Notes: generated by a model not told the origin, from the letters alone. 64,000 nucleotides of DNA from an uncultured Alphaproteobacteria bacterium (GCA_963775095.1 CAVZHN010000015.1:173547-237546); one strand, 5' to 3'; shown: positions 24,439 to 34,381, numbered from the stretch's first letter. Translations and numbers: made by a program.

Positions 24439-26153
24439 CAGCCCGGCTTCTTCTTCGCCTTGGCGAGCTTTGCAAGTTCTTGCTGGTCTTTGTCCGAGAA
24501 CACCGGCGCCACGCCGAGCATTGGTGCAACGCGCTCAATGATTGCTGCGGCAGTCGGCGTGGCGTTCCAGCCCGATGTACGAAAGCCATAGGTCTCCGGC
24601 AACGGTTGCGGCTCGTCGAGCATCACCATCAGCAGGTACTTGGGACTGTCCATCGGAAAGGCCCCGATGAATGAACACAACACGAAGTCGCCATTGTAGC
24701 GCCCGTTGATCACCTTTTCCGCGGTGCCGGTTTTTCCCCCCACGCGATAACCGATGACATCGGCCTTGCCGGCCGTGCCTTCGGCCACATTGAGGCGGAA
24801 GAGATATCGCATCTTTTCCGACGTCTCGGGTTTCACCACACGCTTGGCCATGGCTTCCGCCGTAGCCTGGTCACGCTTCAGCATGGTGGGCGTCATCAGC
24901 AATCCGCCATTGAGCAGTCCGGCAACCACCGAGGCACCTTGCAACGGCTGCACGGCGAAACCGTGGCCAAAAGCCGCCGTGGCGGTGGCCAGCTTTGACC
25001 AGTGCTGCGGCAGAATCGGCTTGGCGCTTTCGGGAAGCTCGGTTTGCAGCCGATCAAACAGGCCCACGCGGCGCAGGAATTCCTGGTGGCCTTCAAGCCC
25101 CACCTCCAGAGCCATGCGCGCCGTACCAATGTTCGATGAGTGCGTGAAAACCTCCGGCACCGTGAGGATGCGGCGCTGCGCATGAAAATCGCTGATCCTG
25201 GCATTGCCAATCACCAGTTGCGAGCGGGCGTCGTAAGTACGGCTGAGGTCCGTTGTGCCATAGTCGAAGGCCATGGCGAAGGTGATGGCTTTAACGACCG
25301 AACCAAGCTCGTAAACGCCGCTGGTCAACCGGTTCACCTGGTCCGACGTCAGCTTCTTGTCTTCAGCATTAGGGTTGAAATCCGGATACGATGCCATGGC
25401 GATGATTTCGCCCGTAGTGACATCGAGAATCACGCCCGAACCGGCCTTGGCCTTGAACTTGGTGACCGCCTTGCCGAGCTCATCGACCATCGCGAACTGG
25501 GCGCGAATGTCGATCGCCAGTTCGGCGGGTTGCGTCGTAAGGCTGCTGGGTTCGGCAAGCGAAGCGGTATAGAGCGCGCCTTGGTCATCGAGATACTTCT
25601 CGATGCCGGCGATGCCCTTGGTGTCCACGTCCACATATCCCACCGTGTGAGCCGTTAGCCGGCCCATGGGGTAAACCCGGCGTCTCTCGTTTACAAATCC
25701 AATACCTGGTAGGCCGAGATTGTAGACCGCATCGCGCTCCTCCGGCGTAACTTGACGCTTCAGCCACACGAATGCCTTGCCGGGCGCCGTAAGGCGCTTG
25801 CGCAAAACCCTGGAGTCGAGGTCGGGCACAGTTGCGGTCAGCAGTTCCACCGCCTCGTCGACATCGATGATTTTGCGTGGATCGGCATAGAGCGAGGCAA
25901 CCGCCACATCGGTTGCCAGCAGCACGCCGTTACGGTCGATGATGTCCGGGCGCGGCAATCGCGGCTCCGGCACCAGCCGCGCGGTCTCACCGTCGCCGGA
26001 CGATCTGATCAGCGTGAGATTGACCAGTTGTCCGGCAATCGCCGCGAACGCCACGCAGAAGCCGATTGTTATCAGCCGCAGGCGGTTCTGACCGCGAAGT
26101 TTCGCCGGTCTCGTTGTCGTGCTATCGCCTCGGTCTGCCGTCATGCCGCTCAC
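24438..26153 (-). CDS. ftsI: Penicillin-binding protein 3 (septal transpeptidase)
   Basis: DIIDRNG, YELGSVVK (SxxK), HSSN (SxN), GKTGTA (KTG). Confidence 0.96.
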   Translation of the reverse strand: MSGMTADRGDSTTTRPAKLRGQNRLRLITIGFCVAFAAIAGQLVNLTLIRSSGDGETARLVPEPRLPRPDIIDRNGVLLATDVAVASLYADPRKIIDVDEAVELLTATVPDLDSRVLRKRLTAPGKAFVWLKRQVTPEERDAVYNLGLPGIGFVNERRRVYPMGRLTAHTVGYVDVDTKGIAGIEKYLDDQGALYTASLAEPSSLTTQPAELAIDIRAQFAMVDELGKAVTKFKAKAGSGVILDVTTGEIIAMASYPDFNPNAEDKKLTSDQVNRLTSGVYELGSVVKAITFAMAFDYGTTDLSRTYDARSQLVIGNARISDFHAQRRILTVPEVFTHSSNIGTARMALEVGLEGHQEFLRRVGLFDRLQTELPESAKPILPQHWSKLATATAAFGHGFAVQPLQGASVVAGLLNGGLLMTPTMLKRDQATAEAMAKRVVKPETSEKMRYLFRLNVAEGTAGKADVIGYRVGGKTGTAEKVINGRYNGDFVLCSFIGAFPMDSPKYLLMVMLDEPQPLPETYGFRTSGWNATPTAAAIIERVAPMLGVAPVFSDKDQQELAKLAKAKKKPG

Positions 26154-26500
26154 TGCATTTTTTCAAGGATGTCGCCGATCGGATCGCTGCCGTCAGCTTC
26201 GAGCTTGATCTGTTGCTCGGCCGGTACCCGCGCCGCCAGTTCGCCTTCAGGCACAATCTGCGTGGATTTGATGGTCTCGAGTTTCAGGTGTTCCGCCGCC
26301 AGTTTCTGCAGCCGGTCGGGGCGGACCAAGCTGCTCCATTCGGCACGCAGGAATTTGATTTGTTCGCGCTCGCTCGCAATTCCCGCCTCGAAATTGGCAA
26401 TGCTGCGCTCACTGCCGCGGGTCGCGTGTTCCAGTGTGTAGAGCATGAAGCCCGATACCAGAACCACAATGACCATCAGAGCATTGATGAATTTGTGCAT
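26150..26500 (-). CDS. ftsL: Cell division protein FtsL
   Basis: TM plus coiled coil, LRAEWSSLVRPDRLQKLA; between rsmH and ftsI with overlapping start/stop. Confidence 0.9.
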   Translation of the reverse strand: MHKFINALMVIVVLVSGFMLYTLEHATRGSERSIANFEAGIASEREQIKFLRAEWSSLVRPDRLQKLAAEHLKLETIKSTQIVPEGELAARVPAEQQIKLEADGSDPIGDILEKMQ

Positions 26501-27507
26501 CAGTGGGTCCTCCCTCTTGGCAGGGCGAGGCCGATTTCATCGGCAATGGAATCCATTGCTGGTGCTGCCGTGCGGATGCCAGCCCTGAGCTTGGCCGATC
26601 GCGCCCGTGGATTGGCGGCGCATTCCGCTTCGCTCGCCGCCAGGTGGCCCTTGAAAGGCAGAGTGAAACTTGGCTCGACGTGCGGTGGGGAGCCAAGCAC
26701 ATGGCGCGATGCCGAAGGAATGTTGCCACTGCGCGATACGAAGAAGCGTTTGACGATGCGGTCTTCCAGCGAATGGAATGTCACGACGACAAGCCGCCCA
26801 CCCGGCGTCAGCAGCCGTTCGGCCGCATGCAGCGCGGCAACCAGTTCATCGAGTTCGCCATTCACATGGATGCGCAGAGCCTGAAACGTGCGGGTCGCCG
26901 GGTGCGTGCGATCCTGCGGGCGCTGGCGGCCGGTCGCCCGCTCGACCGCCTTGACCAGTTCGAGCGTCGTGGTAATCGGCGCCTCGCCGCGCGCTGCCAC
27001 AATGGCCCGGGCAATGGACCGCGACCGCGGCTCCTCGCCAAAAATGTAGATGATGTCGGCAAGTGTTTCGGCCGGCAGCTTGTTCACAACATCGGCAGCA
27101 CTGGCACCCACTTGCGCCATGCGCATGTCGAGAGGCCCGTCGCGCAGGAACGAGAAGCCGCGCGCCGCTTCATCAAGCTGCATCGACGAAACCCCAATGT
27201 CGAGTACCAGGCCGTCGATGGACACCCCGCCCACCAGTTCCAGCATCTCCGAAAACCGGCCCTCGCGCAGCACCAGCCGTCCACCGGACGAGGCAACCAG
27301 CCCCTGCCCCGCTGCTATCGCCGAAGGATCACGGTCGATGGCGATCACCCGGCAAGTGGCGGCAGCAAGTATGGCGCGCGAATAGCCGCCGGCGCCGAAT
27401 GTTCCATCGACGTAAGTGCCGCCATCACGGGGAACGAGTTGGGCCAGCACTTCGCCCAGCATGACCGGCACATGCGGCATTTCATGATCGGTGTGCAGGC
27501 CAGCCAT
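26500..27507 (-). CDS. rsmH: 16S rRNA m4C1402 methyltransferase
   Basis: [75 protein letters not shown]; start 27507 or 27480. Confidence 0.98.
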   Translation of the reverse strand: MAGLHTDHEMPHVPVMLGEVLAQLVPRDGGTYVDGTFGAGGYSRAILAAATCRVIAIDRDPSAIAAGQGLVASSGGRLVLREGRFSEMLELVGGVSIDGLVLDIGVSSMQLDEAARGFSFLRDGPLDMRMAQVGASAADVVNKLPAETLADIIYIFGEEPRSRSIARAIVAARGEAPITTTLELVKAVERATGRQRPQDRTHPATRTFQALRIHVNGELDELVAALHAAERLLTPGGRLVVVTFHSLEDRIVKRFFVSRSGNIPSASRHVLGSPPHVEPSFTLPFKGHLAASEAECAANPRARSAKLRAGIRTAAPAMDSIADEIGLALPRGRTH

Positions 27508-27535
27508 CGGCGCGGAAAACCAGGGTGAACAAGGC

Positions 27536-27573
27536 GTTAAGATTTGCCTGACAATGCCGCTCAAAATCTTAAC
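27536..27573. promoter_or_regulatory. 10-bp perfect inverted repeat in the dcw promoter region
   Basis: GTTAAGATTT (27536-27545) and AAATCTTAAC (27564-27573), 18-nt spacer; both arms contain TTAAC CtrA-type half-sites. Confidence 0.5.
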
Positions 27574-27615
27574 AATTGGTTTCAAATCCGAGTCATTTCA
27601 ATGCGGAAATGAAGG

Positions 27616-28006
27616 TGCCAGCCGGCCTGTAAGCCGGGTTCTGTTTGGACGGTTTCCCGCCCGCGATGACCATTCATCTGGAACGCCCGTTACCGGACGC
27701 TTCGCGCGACCTACCCGGGCAGCAAGCCGGCTAAAGCCCCGGGCCGAAGCCCATGCCACCCCTATTCGGTCTTGCTCCCGGTGGGGTTTGCCGTGCCGCT
27801 TCCGTTGCCGGCCGCGCGGTGCGCTCTTACCGCACCGTTTCACCCTTGCCGTCGGGATTGCTCCGTCAGGCGGTCTGTTCTCTGTGGCACTTTCCCTGGG
27901 GTCGCCCCCGCCGGACGTTATCCGGCACCGTATAACCGTGGAGCCCGGACTTTCCTCCCCCGCGCCCTTTCGGGACTTGCGGCAGCGGTCATCCGGCCGA
28001 CTGGCA
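27616..28006 (-). ncRNA. rnpB: RNase P RNA (class A)
   Basis: Minus strand has GAGGAAAGTCCGGGCTC near the 5' end and ACAGAACCCGGCTTA near the 3' end; terminal P1 pairing TGCCAGTCGGCCGG / CCGGCTGGCA. Confidence 0.97.
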
Positions 28007-28011
28007 GGGAT

Positions 28012-28040
28012 CAGGTAGGCGCTTCAACACCATCCGTCAA
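28012..28040 (-). promoter_or_regulatory. Sigma70-type promoter of rnpB
   Basis: TTGACG-N17-TACCTG ending about 6 nt before the RNase P 5' end; the -35 overlaps the amidohydrolase stop. Confidence 0.6.
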
Positions 28041-29701
28041 CGTTCGAACACCACCCGGCCATCGCAGATCGTCGCCACCGGCATGACCGCCTCGATGGCC
28101 TCGGCATCAATGGCTTCGAGATTGGCGTCGAGCACCGCCACATCCGCCAGCATGCCGGGCTTCAACACGCCCTTGTTGTCCTCGGAGAATTCCGCATACG
28201 CACCCTCAACCGTGTAGGAGCGGATCGACTGGTCGAGTGTTTGCCGGTGATCGTCTAGTCCCGCCTTCCAGGCTTTCCGCGTCATCGCCGAGTGGATCGA
28301 GCGCAGCGGGTTGATGTCGGATACCGGCCAGTCCGTCGCGAACACCAAGCGCGCACCAGCCCTGCGCAAGGTGTTCCACGCGAAGGCGTAGGGCCAGCGC
28401 CCTTCGCCGATCCGCGACAAATAGGGCTCAAGCGGCAGGCCCTGCGAGCCCGGCGGATGCGGTGGCTGCATCGAAGCGATGACGCCAAGCTCTTTGAAAC
28501 GGCTGATGTCATCCGGATGAATGACTTCGATGTGCTCGACGCGGTGGCGTGAATCGCGGCGTCCATTGGACTTGCGCGCCGCCTCATAGCCATCAAGCAC
28601 GATGCGCACCGCGCCATCGCCAATGGCATGAACGGCGATCTGCAAGCCACGCCGGTCAGCCTCCACCGCCACTTCAGCGAAATGTTCAGGCGTGAAAAGC
28701 GGTTCTCCCTTCCAGCCCGGCCGGTCCGAGTAATCGTCGACCATAACGCCCGTGGCGCTGTCGATCACCCCATCGACGAACAGTTTCACGAAACCCGACC
28801 TGAGCATGTCGGTATTGAAACTGGCAGCCATGGCCTCGGCACGGTCGAGCGCCGAAATGTCCATGAAGTTCTTGAAGTGAAACGGCACCCGGACGCGCGC
28901 CGAAAGTTCACCACCCCGTTGCAAGGCATTGAGCAACTGCAACAAATAGAAATTGCCATCCATGTTGTGAATGGAGGTAATGCCGTGCTTGGCGCAGTGC
29001 GCCAGGCCTTTGCGGATCACGCCGAGATCATGCTCGAAATCCGCCGGTCCGGGATAGGGCTCGGGCTCACCGCCGGTCATCAGGCCAATGCGGTCGCGGC
29101 TGCCACTGGTCTCGAGTGCTCTTACCGGTGCCATCGCTTCGCCTTCGCGCAGTTCGCCCGCCGCCAGCCCGTCGGCGCCCATCACGATCTCATTGCCCGG
29201 CCCCAACTTGCGCCCCTTCAGGATGCCGGCCATGTCCAGCGCCATGGTGTTGGCCCACGCCGTATGATGGTCGGGGGAGAACACCATGATCGGCCGGTCC
29301 TTGACGATGCTGTCGAGGTGATGGCGGCTCAGCGCTTCCTGTTCCGAGATGATGATGTAATCGGCCTGCTCGCCGATCACCAGCCCGTCCCCGGGGTTGT
29401 GCTTGAGATAATCCAGGGTTTTTGCTTTTAGCCCGTCGAAGCCACGAACCCCCGTGAGCTGCAGATGGCTGAGCTCGGCCGCACCCGCGAACAGGTGCAT
29501 ATGGCTTTCGACAATCCCCGGCAGAACAGTGTTGCCGCCGGCATCGATCACGCGCGTCTTCGCGCCCTTCAGGGCGGTCACCTCCTTGGTCCCGCCAACC
29601 GCGATCACCTTGTTGCCGGCAATCGCCAGCCCTTCGGCCCGGGGATTTGTCACATCCATCGTCAGGATAGCGGCGTTGCGAATGATCACGTCGGCGGTCA
29701 T
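28037..29701 (-). CDS. Amidohydrolase family 3 (YtcJ-like) metal-dependent hydrolase
   Basis: PGIVESHMH, KLFVDG, VHAIGD, HRVEHIE, FATDWPV, GVLKPGMLAD. Confidence 0.92.
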   Translation of the reverse strand: MTADVIIRNAAILTMDVTNPRAEGLAIAGNKVIAVGGTKEVTALKGAKTRVIDAGGNTVLPGIVESHMHLFAGAAELSHLQLTGVRGFDGLKAKTLDYLKHNPGDGLVIGEQADYIIISEQEALSRHHLDSIVKDRPIMVFSPDHHTAWANTMALDMAGILKGRKLGPGNEIVMGADGLAAGELREGEAMAPVRALETSGSRDRIGLMTGGEPEPYPGPADFEHDLGVIRKGLAHCAKHGITSIHNMDGNFYLLQLLNALQRGGELSARVRVPFHFKNFMDISALDRAEAMAASFNTDMLRSGFVKLFVDGVIDSATGVMVDDYSDRPGWKGEPLFTPEHFAEVAVEADRRGLQIAVHAIGDGAVRIVLDGYEAARKSNGRRDSRHRVEHIEVIHPDDISRFKELGVIASMQPPHPPGSQGLPLEPYLSRIGEGRWPYAFAWNTLRRAGARLVFATDWPVSDINPLRSIHSAMTRKAWKAGLDDHRQTLDQSIRSYTVEGAYAEFSEDNKGVLKPGMLADVAVLDANLEAIDAEAIEAVMPVATICDGRVVFER

Positions 29702-29800
29702 GGAAGCTTTCCATTTGATGCGTTGCGGCTGGCCAAGTTGTCACTTTCCCTATGAAGCGAGAGAGGTTAGACAGGCCGGAGTTGTGGGGGCCCGATTTCC

Positions 29801-30262
29801 ATGTTCAAATCCATCTTCGGCGGGTTCGCCGTGTGCCTCATTGCTTGTAACACTGCCTCGGCCCAAGAACGCCAGTGGTTTCTCGACTCGACCAGCGAAG
29901 ATGCCTTTCTGGTCTTTGGTGTGCCGGAAACCGATGATACCGGCCTCAGCATCTGGTGCACGATTCAATCCGGCAAGGCAAAAATATTCTTGCCTGAGGC
30001 CTCCGAAAAATTGAAGCCCGATACGCCCGGCACCATGGAACTCGTGGCCGGTGATGTGGCCGTTACAATCACCGGCACCAGTCTTGAAAACCAGGACTCC
30101 GGCGTCAGCAGCCTCGAGGTCGAAATAGAAACCGCCAACCCCATTTTTGCCGCCATGACCAAAGCCGACCGGTTGAAGATCCATGTCGAAGGCGAAGAGC
30201 AGATCATCCCCCTGATCGATGCCGACATCGAAGGCCTTCTGAAACTGTGCAACAAGCCGTAG
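29801..30262 (+). CDS. Exported hypothetical protein
   Basis: 153 aa, Sec signal peptide ending ASA, LVFGVPETDD motif, two Cys; coding-like codon usage. Confidence 0.75.
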   Translation: MFKSIFGGFAVCLIACNTASAQERQWFLDSTSEDAFLVFGVPETDDTGLSIWCTIQSGKAKIFLPEASEKLKPDTPGTMELVAGDVAVTITGTSLENQDSGVSSLEVEIETANPIFAAMTKADRLKIHVEGEEQIIPLIDADIEGLLKLCNKP

Positions 30263-30273
30263 GTGGAAGAGTA

Positions 30274-30447
30274 TCACATAAGGTCACCGCAATTGACAGG
30301 GATGGAGGGGAGGCGCGAGCAACGCTTCACCGCAGATTGGGTAGATAAATGGCGGTACGTCGCACCGCCCGCGCCGCGGATTATGGGCTGGCCGGCCACT
30401 TCGGTACGGAAATCTGGGGATCTGAATTCGGTTTTCACTGGCTTCAT
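30274..30447 (-). CDS. Possible 57-aa small protein downstream of a structured leader
   Basis: Tandem AAGGAGATG-GA-AAGGAGATG upstream/at start; no recognisable domain. Confidence 0.3.
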   Translation of the reverse strand: MKPVKTEFRSPDFRTEVAGQPIIRGAGGATYRHLSTQSAVKRCSRLPSIPVNCGDLM

Positions 30448-30469
30448 CTCCTTTCCATCTCCTTCACCC

Positions 30470-30625
30470 ACTTAAGGGAGGCCCACCAGACACGGGTGGC
30501 CCTGCTGTCCGCCGGCGGCCCCTGGTCTCGGGTGGGTCCGGTCCCACCCTATTCAGGCTCCGCATCCTCACCCCGGCTTTCGACGGCTCTAGAACCGCCC
30601 CTCCGTGGGAGAAGGATGAGCGAGC
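30470..30625 (-). ncRNA. Candidate structured sRNA or leader RNA (unassigned)
   Basis: GC-rich hairpins (GGGTGGG-TCCGGT-CCCACCC at 30530-30549; CCACC/GGTGG at 30483-30499) downstream of a minus-strand TTGACA at 30647-30652. Confidence 0.4.
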
Positions 30626-30726
30626 GCTACCATACTAGGAAACTATTGTCAAGGACTATATTCACGAACCCGTCATGTCTGGGCGGCGAAGAGGTGAGAC
30701 TCGAATCCATCCGGCTGCCCTTTGCT

Positions 30727-31464
30727 CTAAGCCGCCAGCAGCCGGTGCAGTGTGTCGATAGTCGAGCGGTCGGCAACGCCATCGACGCGGGCCTGCCGGA
30801 AGTGGCGCTGGAAGGCCCTCACCACCAATTGCGTGTTTCGGTCGTACCAGCCGCTGATCTCCAATCCATAGCCATAAAGCGCCAGCATTGATTGCAGCGC
30901 CTCAATCGGCTGACCCTTGTCGCCCAACTGGAAAAACTGACCACTGTTAATCGCCGCAGGCGGTGCCCAGTGTCCAACTCCTTCGCGATAGAGCCACGCC
31001 CAATCGAATTTTTCCCCCGGGTCGATCTTGCGCAGCGGCGCCACATCCGAGTGCGCCAGCACGCGGCGCGGCGCGATGGCGTGTCTTGAAGCAATGTCCC
31101 TGCACAGCCTGATGACCGCCTTCATCTGCTCGGCCGGAAAATGCGGATAGCCAAGCGAATGGCCAGGATTGTGAATCTCGATGCCGATGGAGCGCGAGTT
31201 GCTGTCGGTTACTCCTTCCCAGCTCGATTGCCCGGCATGCCAGGCCCGCATCTCCTCCCCGACCATTTGCGTGATGATGCCGTGCTCGTCGACGAGATAG
31301 TGGCATGAAACGCGCGAAGCCGGATTGCACAGCCAGGCGCAGGCCCGCTCAGCCGTCTCCATGCCGGTATAGTGGAGAATCAGCATGTCCGGTGTGCCAG
31401 GCAGCAGGCGCGGTTCGATGGACGGCGCCAGCACGAAACGATGCCCAAGCGGTGAACGGATCAC
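30727..31464 (-). CDS. N-acetylmuramoyl-L-alanine amidase (Amidase_2) with C-terminal peptidoglycan-binding domain
   Basis: ILHYT, VSCHYLV, RAWHAG, SIGIEI, AHSDVAPLRKIDPG, VRAFQRHFR. Confidence 0.95.
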   Translation of the reverse strand: MIRSPLGHRFVLAPSIEPRLLPGTPDMLILHYTGMETAERACAWLCNPASRVSCHYLVDEHGIITQMVGEEMRAWHAGQSSWEGVTDSNSRSIGIEIHNPGHSLGYPHFPAEQMKAVIRLCRDIASRHAIAPRRVLAHSDVAPLRKIDPGEKFDWAWLYREGVGHWAPPAAINSGQFFQLGDKGQPIEALQSMLALYGYGLEISGWYDRNTQLVVRAFQRHFRQARVDGVADRSTIDTLHRLLAA

Positions 31465-32150
31465 GCCATGCGCTCCTGCAGGATTTGCGCGTAGGCTTCG
31501 TTGATTTTTTGCAGGCGCCGGGTCGCCAGATCGATCATTTCCGGAGGAACACCGGCGGCAATGTGTTTGTCCGGGTGGTTGTCGCGCACCAGCTTGCGAT
31601 ACCGCTTCTTGATCTCATCAAGTGAAGCCTCGGGCGAAATCCCGAGTACGGCATAGGCATTGTCGCCTGCACCAGCCACATGACGGGCCCTGATGCGCAT
31701 GAAATCCTGGCGCTCGAACCCGAATATCGCCGCCACCTGTTCCAGGAAGTGCAGTTCGGCGCGGTGCAGGGCATCATCGGCCTTGGCGATATGGAACAAT
31801 CCGTCCAGTACGTCCTCGAGAATTGTCGACTTGGCGTGAAACAGCCGGGCAATTTGCCGGGCATAGGCGTCGTATCCCGCCACATCTTGCTTGGCGAGGT
31901 TGAACACCCGCGCCACCGCCGGCAATTCGCCTTCCGGCACGTGGAAAACCCTCTTGAAGGCTTGAACCTCCACCTCGGTCACCACGCCATCGGCCTTCGC
32001 CATTTTGGCGCCGAGGGCGATCATGCCGATGGTGAAAGCCAGGGATTTTTCGGGAGCTGTGGCCCGCGCACGGCTAATCTGGCTTAGGTACCCCGCAACT
32101 GAGGCCCCAATCGCCGACAGGTTTTCACTGATGCGTTGCCAGATCGACAT
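31461..32150 (-). CDS. TerB-like plus DnaJ domain protein (DjlA-like)
   Basis: ALGAKMAKADG, AKAD..HRAE TerB-like region; J-domain AYAVLG...YRKLVRDNHPD...INEAY. Confidence 0.92.
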   Translation of the reverse strand: MSIWQRISENLSAIGASVAGYLSQISRARATAPEKSLAFTIGMIALGAKMAKADGVVTEVEVQAFKRVFHVPEGELPAVARVFNLAKQDVAGYDAYARQIARLFHAKSTILEDVLDGLFHIAKADDALHRAELHFLEQVAAIFGFERQDFMRIRARHVAGAGDNAYAVLGISPEASLDEIKKRYRKLVRDNHPDKHIAAGVPPEMIDLATRRLQKINEAYAQILQERMA

Positions 32151-32193
32151 GGAAGGTAAAGTCTAGCGGATTCGCGCGCCAGGTGCGAAGGGT

Positions 32194-32523
32194 TCAGCGC
32201 TTGAAATAGTAGCTGAGGTTGAACACCGGCTGGTCAATGTCCAGGTGCTGAGCCAGGCGGCGTTCGATGTGCCATGCTCTTCCCGCCGTCCACACGGTGG
32301 CCCACAACACCGGCAAAGCCCCGAGTGCCATGATCACATACATGGCGGCATCCGGCAGTCCAAAGAGTTTTGAAGCGGCCCACACGGTCGCAACCATGGC
32401 GGCACCCAGCTTGGTGGCCGCCAACATGGTAACCCCTGCCGCCGCCAGAAAGCAGCCGAGGGGGCTGAAAGCCTGGCTGCCGGTCCGAGGGGTTTTGTCT
32501 GGCTTGGTGATTTCCTGTTCCAT
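32194..32523 (-). CDS. Small membrane protein, conserved hypothetical
   Basis: Two hydrophobic helices, GRAWHIERRL motif; start at 32523 or 32532. Confidence 0.7.
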   Translation of the reverse strand: MEQEITKPDKTPRTGSQAFSPLGCFLAAAGVTMLAATKLGAAMVATVWAASKLFGLPDAAMYVIMALGALPVLWATVWTAGRAWHIERRLAQHLDIDQPVFNLSYYFKR

Positions 32524-32566
32524 GGCCGTCATATGCACTTTGGCCAAGCCGATTGCAATATGGCGG

Positions 32567-33206
32567 CTATTTGCAGTATCGCGATCCGCTCCGCCGGTGC
32601 TGCAGGTCAAGGTGCAGGTGGTCCCGGTGGTGGGCGTCGGACCCGGGGCCGAGAACCGTCATGAACGGCCCGCAGGCCTCGGCGCGCACCTGGCGCAGAA
32701 ACTTGCGCTCGTCGCCGCGGCCATTCCAGCCGTCGAGCACCATCACCTTGCGGCCGCTTTCGAGCGTGAAGCCAGCGATATCGATGGCGTTGCCGAATCC
32801 ATGCTCGCTCATCTTGGCGCCGCGCCGGTTGTTGCGTGGCCTGCAGGAGTAGGATGCGGCAACTTCAAATCCGGTAACGCTCTCGCCAAACGCCCGCTTG
32901 AGCCGCCGGCTGTACCGAATTTTCGATCCACTGGTCGAGCGGCGAGGCCATGCCGCACGTCACCGTGGCCGGCTGGCTGAACCGGACGCTGGAGATTTCA
33001 TGAACCAGCCACGGGCTCGGCACCTGGCAGTAACCGTTGCTGACGCGCGACAGCGGTTCCGCCTCGCCGAGTTGCGAGGGCTGCACGTCGCAGCGTTGCG
33101 GCGGCGCCTGCAGGCCTTCAGTCTCGAAGTATTTCTTGTTGCTGGAACAGGCGGCAAGAACGCCGGTTATGGCGGCGACTGCCGCCAGCTGATGGACGAA
33201 ACCCAT
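32567..33206 (-). CDS. Extensin-like family lipoprotein; one extra base at about 32894
   Basis: Lipobox VLAACS; YSCR...SEHGFGNAIDIAGF...VLGPGSDAHHRDHLHLD; two ORFs join on removing one G in GCGGGCG. Confidence 0.88.
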
Positions 33207-33269
33207 ACGCTACACCCCACACTCGGCCGTCGCCCCTCACTAGGCCAACAGGGTTAAAGGATGGTGACT

Positions 33270-33283
33270 TTGACCCTGGTCAA
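33270..33283. promoter_or_regulatory. FNR/FixK-like box upstream of the cytochrome c
   Basis: Perfect dyad TTGAC-CCTG-GTCAA (variant of TTGAT-N4-ATCAA), 49 bp before the ATG at 33332. Confidence 0.55.
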
Positions 33284-33331
33284 GGTGGCAGACAACGCAC
33301 GGGAGGATCATGATCAAAAGGAGATCTCTCC

Positions 33332-33781
33332 ATGCGCCGATTGCCTCTGTTCCTGATCCTCGCCGCCGCCGCACTACTTCTCACGGCCGAGGCCTTGGCC
33401 ACCGAACAGGCCACCACCGGCACCCAAGGCGCCGGGCTGATGACCGAGCTTGGCGCCGCCGATTTTCAGACTTACTGCGCCGCCTGTCACGGCGTTGCCG
33501 CCAAAGGTGACGGAACGGTCGCCGAATTCCTGACCATCCCCGCCCCCGACCTGACCCATCTCACCAAGAACAACGCCGGCATATTCCCGCGCGAGCGTAT
33601 TGCCGAAGTGATCGACGGCCGCGCCGAAGTGAAAGTGCATGGCGCCCGCGACATGCCCGTATGGGGCGACTGGTTCGACACCGAAGCCGCCTACGAGGGC
33701 ATGAGTCACGAAGAGCGCGAAGCGGTCGTCAGCGCACGGATCAACGCTCTGTTGTCGTGGCTCGAAACCATCCAGGAATGA
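33332..33781 (+). CDS. Periplasmic monoheme cytochrome c
   Basis: Signal peptide, CAACHG heme motif, APDLT, HGARDMPVWG with Met ligand. Confidence 0.93.
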   Translation: MRRLPLFLILAAAALLLTAEALATEQATTGTQGAGLMTELGAADFQTYCAACHGVAAKGDGTVAEFLTIPAPDLTHLTKNNAGIFPRERIAEVIDGRAEVKVHGARDMPVWGDWFDTEAAYEGMSHEEREAVVSARINALLSWLETIQE

Positions 33782-34381
33782 TCAGCGGTTGAGTGCCGCC
33801 ACCAGCTGGTTCACGTCGCCCTTGCGTTTGGAAATATAGGACGTGAAAATGCCGCGCTGCAGATAAACCAGCGAGAAGCCCAGAACCTTTGCGTCGGTCA
33901 CCCGGTAGCGGCCGCCGATCCACGCCAGCGTCCACTGCACCGTGTAGGTTTGACCCGATAGCATATAGACCTTTGACGAGATCTTGACCGTCTTGTCTTC
34001 GCCCGCCGTTGCCTCGCCGAGTTCGTATTTGGCGACGCGATACTCCCGCGACTGGTCAGCGAAATACCGCGACATGAACGTGGCGACGCCACCGTAATAG
34101 GACTGGCGCTGGCCCTTGGCGAGTTTCGACTGGTATTGCCCGAGCGAATAGTTGCCGATGCCGGTCACATCGGCATGGCGCATGATGACCCGCCTGAAGC
34201 TCGCCGCGGTTCCCAGGCGGTTGGCTTGCAGCAAGTCTTTCGCAACCTGCCGCATGGCATCCAGCGACGGTTGGTCGGAAGCCCGCGCCACAGGAGCCGC
34301 GGCCAGCATGGCAAGGCCGGTCACAAAGGCGCGGCGGCTGAGCCTATGGAAGTTGTCCGTCATGATTCGCTTGTCCGGCAC
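33782..34381 (-). CDS. MlaC/Ttg2D-family phospholipid-binding periplasmic protein (paralog 1)
   Basis: Twin-arginine signal SRRAFV; ADVTGIGNYSLG, YRVTDAKVLGFSL, F.S.I motifs. Confidence 0.8.
   Translation of the reverse strand: MPDKRIMTDNFHRLSRRAFVTGLAMLAAAPVARASDQPSLDAMRQVAKDLLQANRLGTAASFRRVIMRHADVTGIGNYSLGQYQSKLAKGQRQSYYGGVATFMSRYFADQSREYRVAKYELGEATAGEDKTVKISSKVYMLSGQTYTVQWTLAWIGGRYRVTDAKVLGFSLVYLQRGIFTSYISKRKGDVNQLVAALNR

Noticed and set aside
30470-30625. SRP RNA, 6S RNA, tmRNA, tRNA or a known riboswitch
   Set aside because: No CAGG-GGAAG-AGCA SRP core, tmRNA ends, cloverleaf or recognisable aptamer consensus
33254-33268. CtrA box upstream of the extensin-like gene
   Set aside because: Only one good half-site (TTAA-N7-TGAC); too degenerate to call
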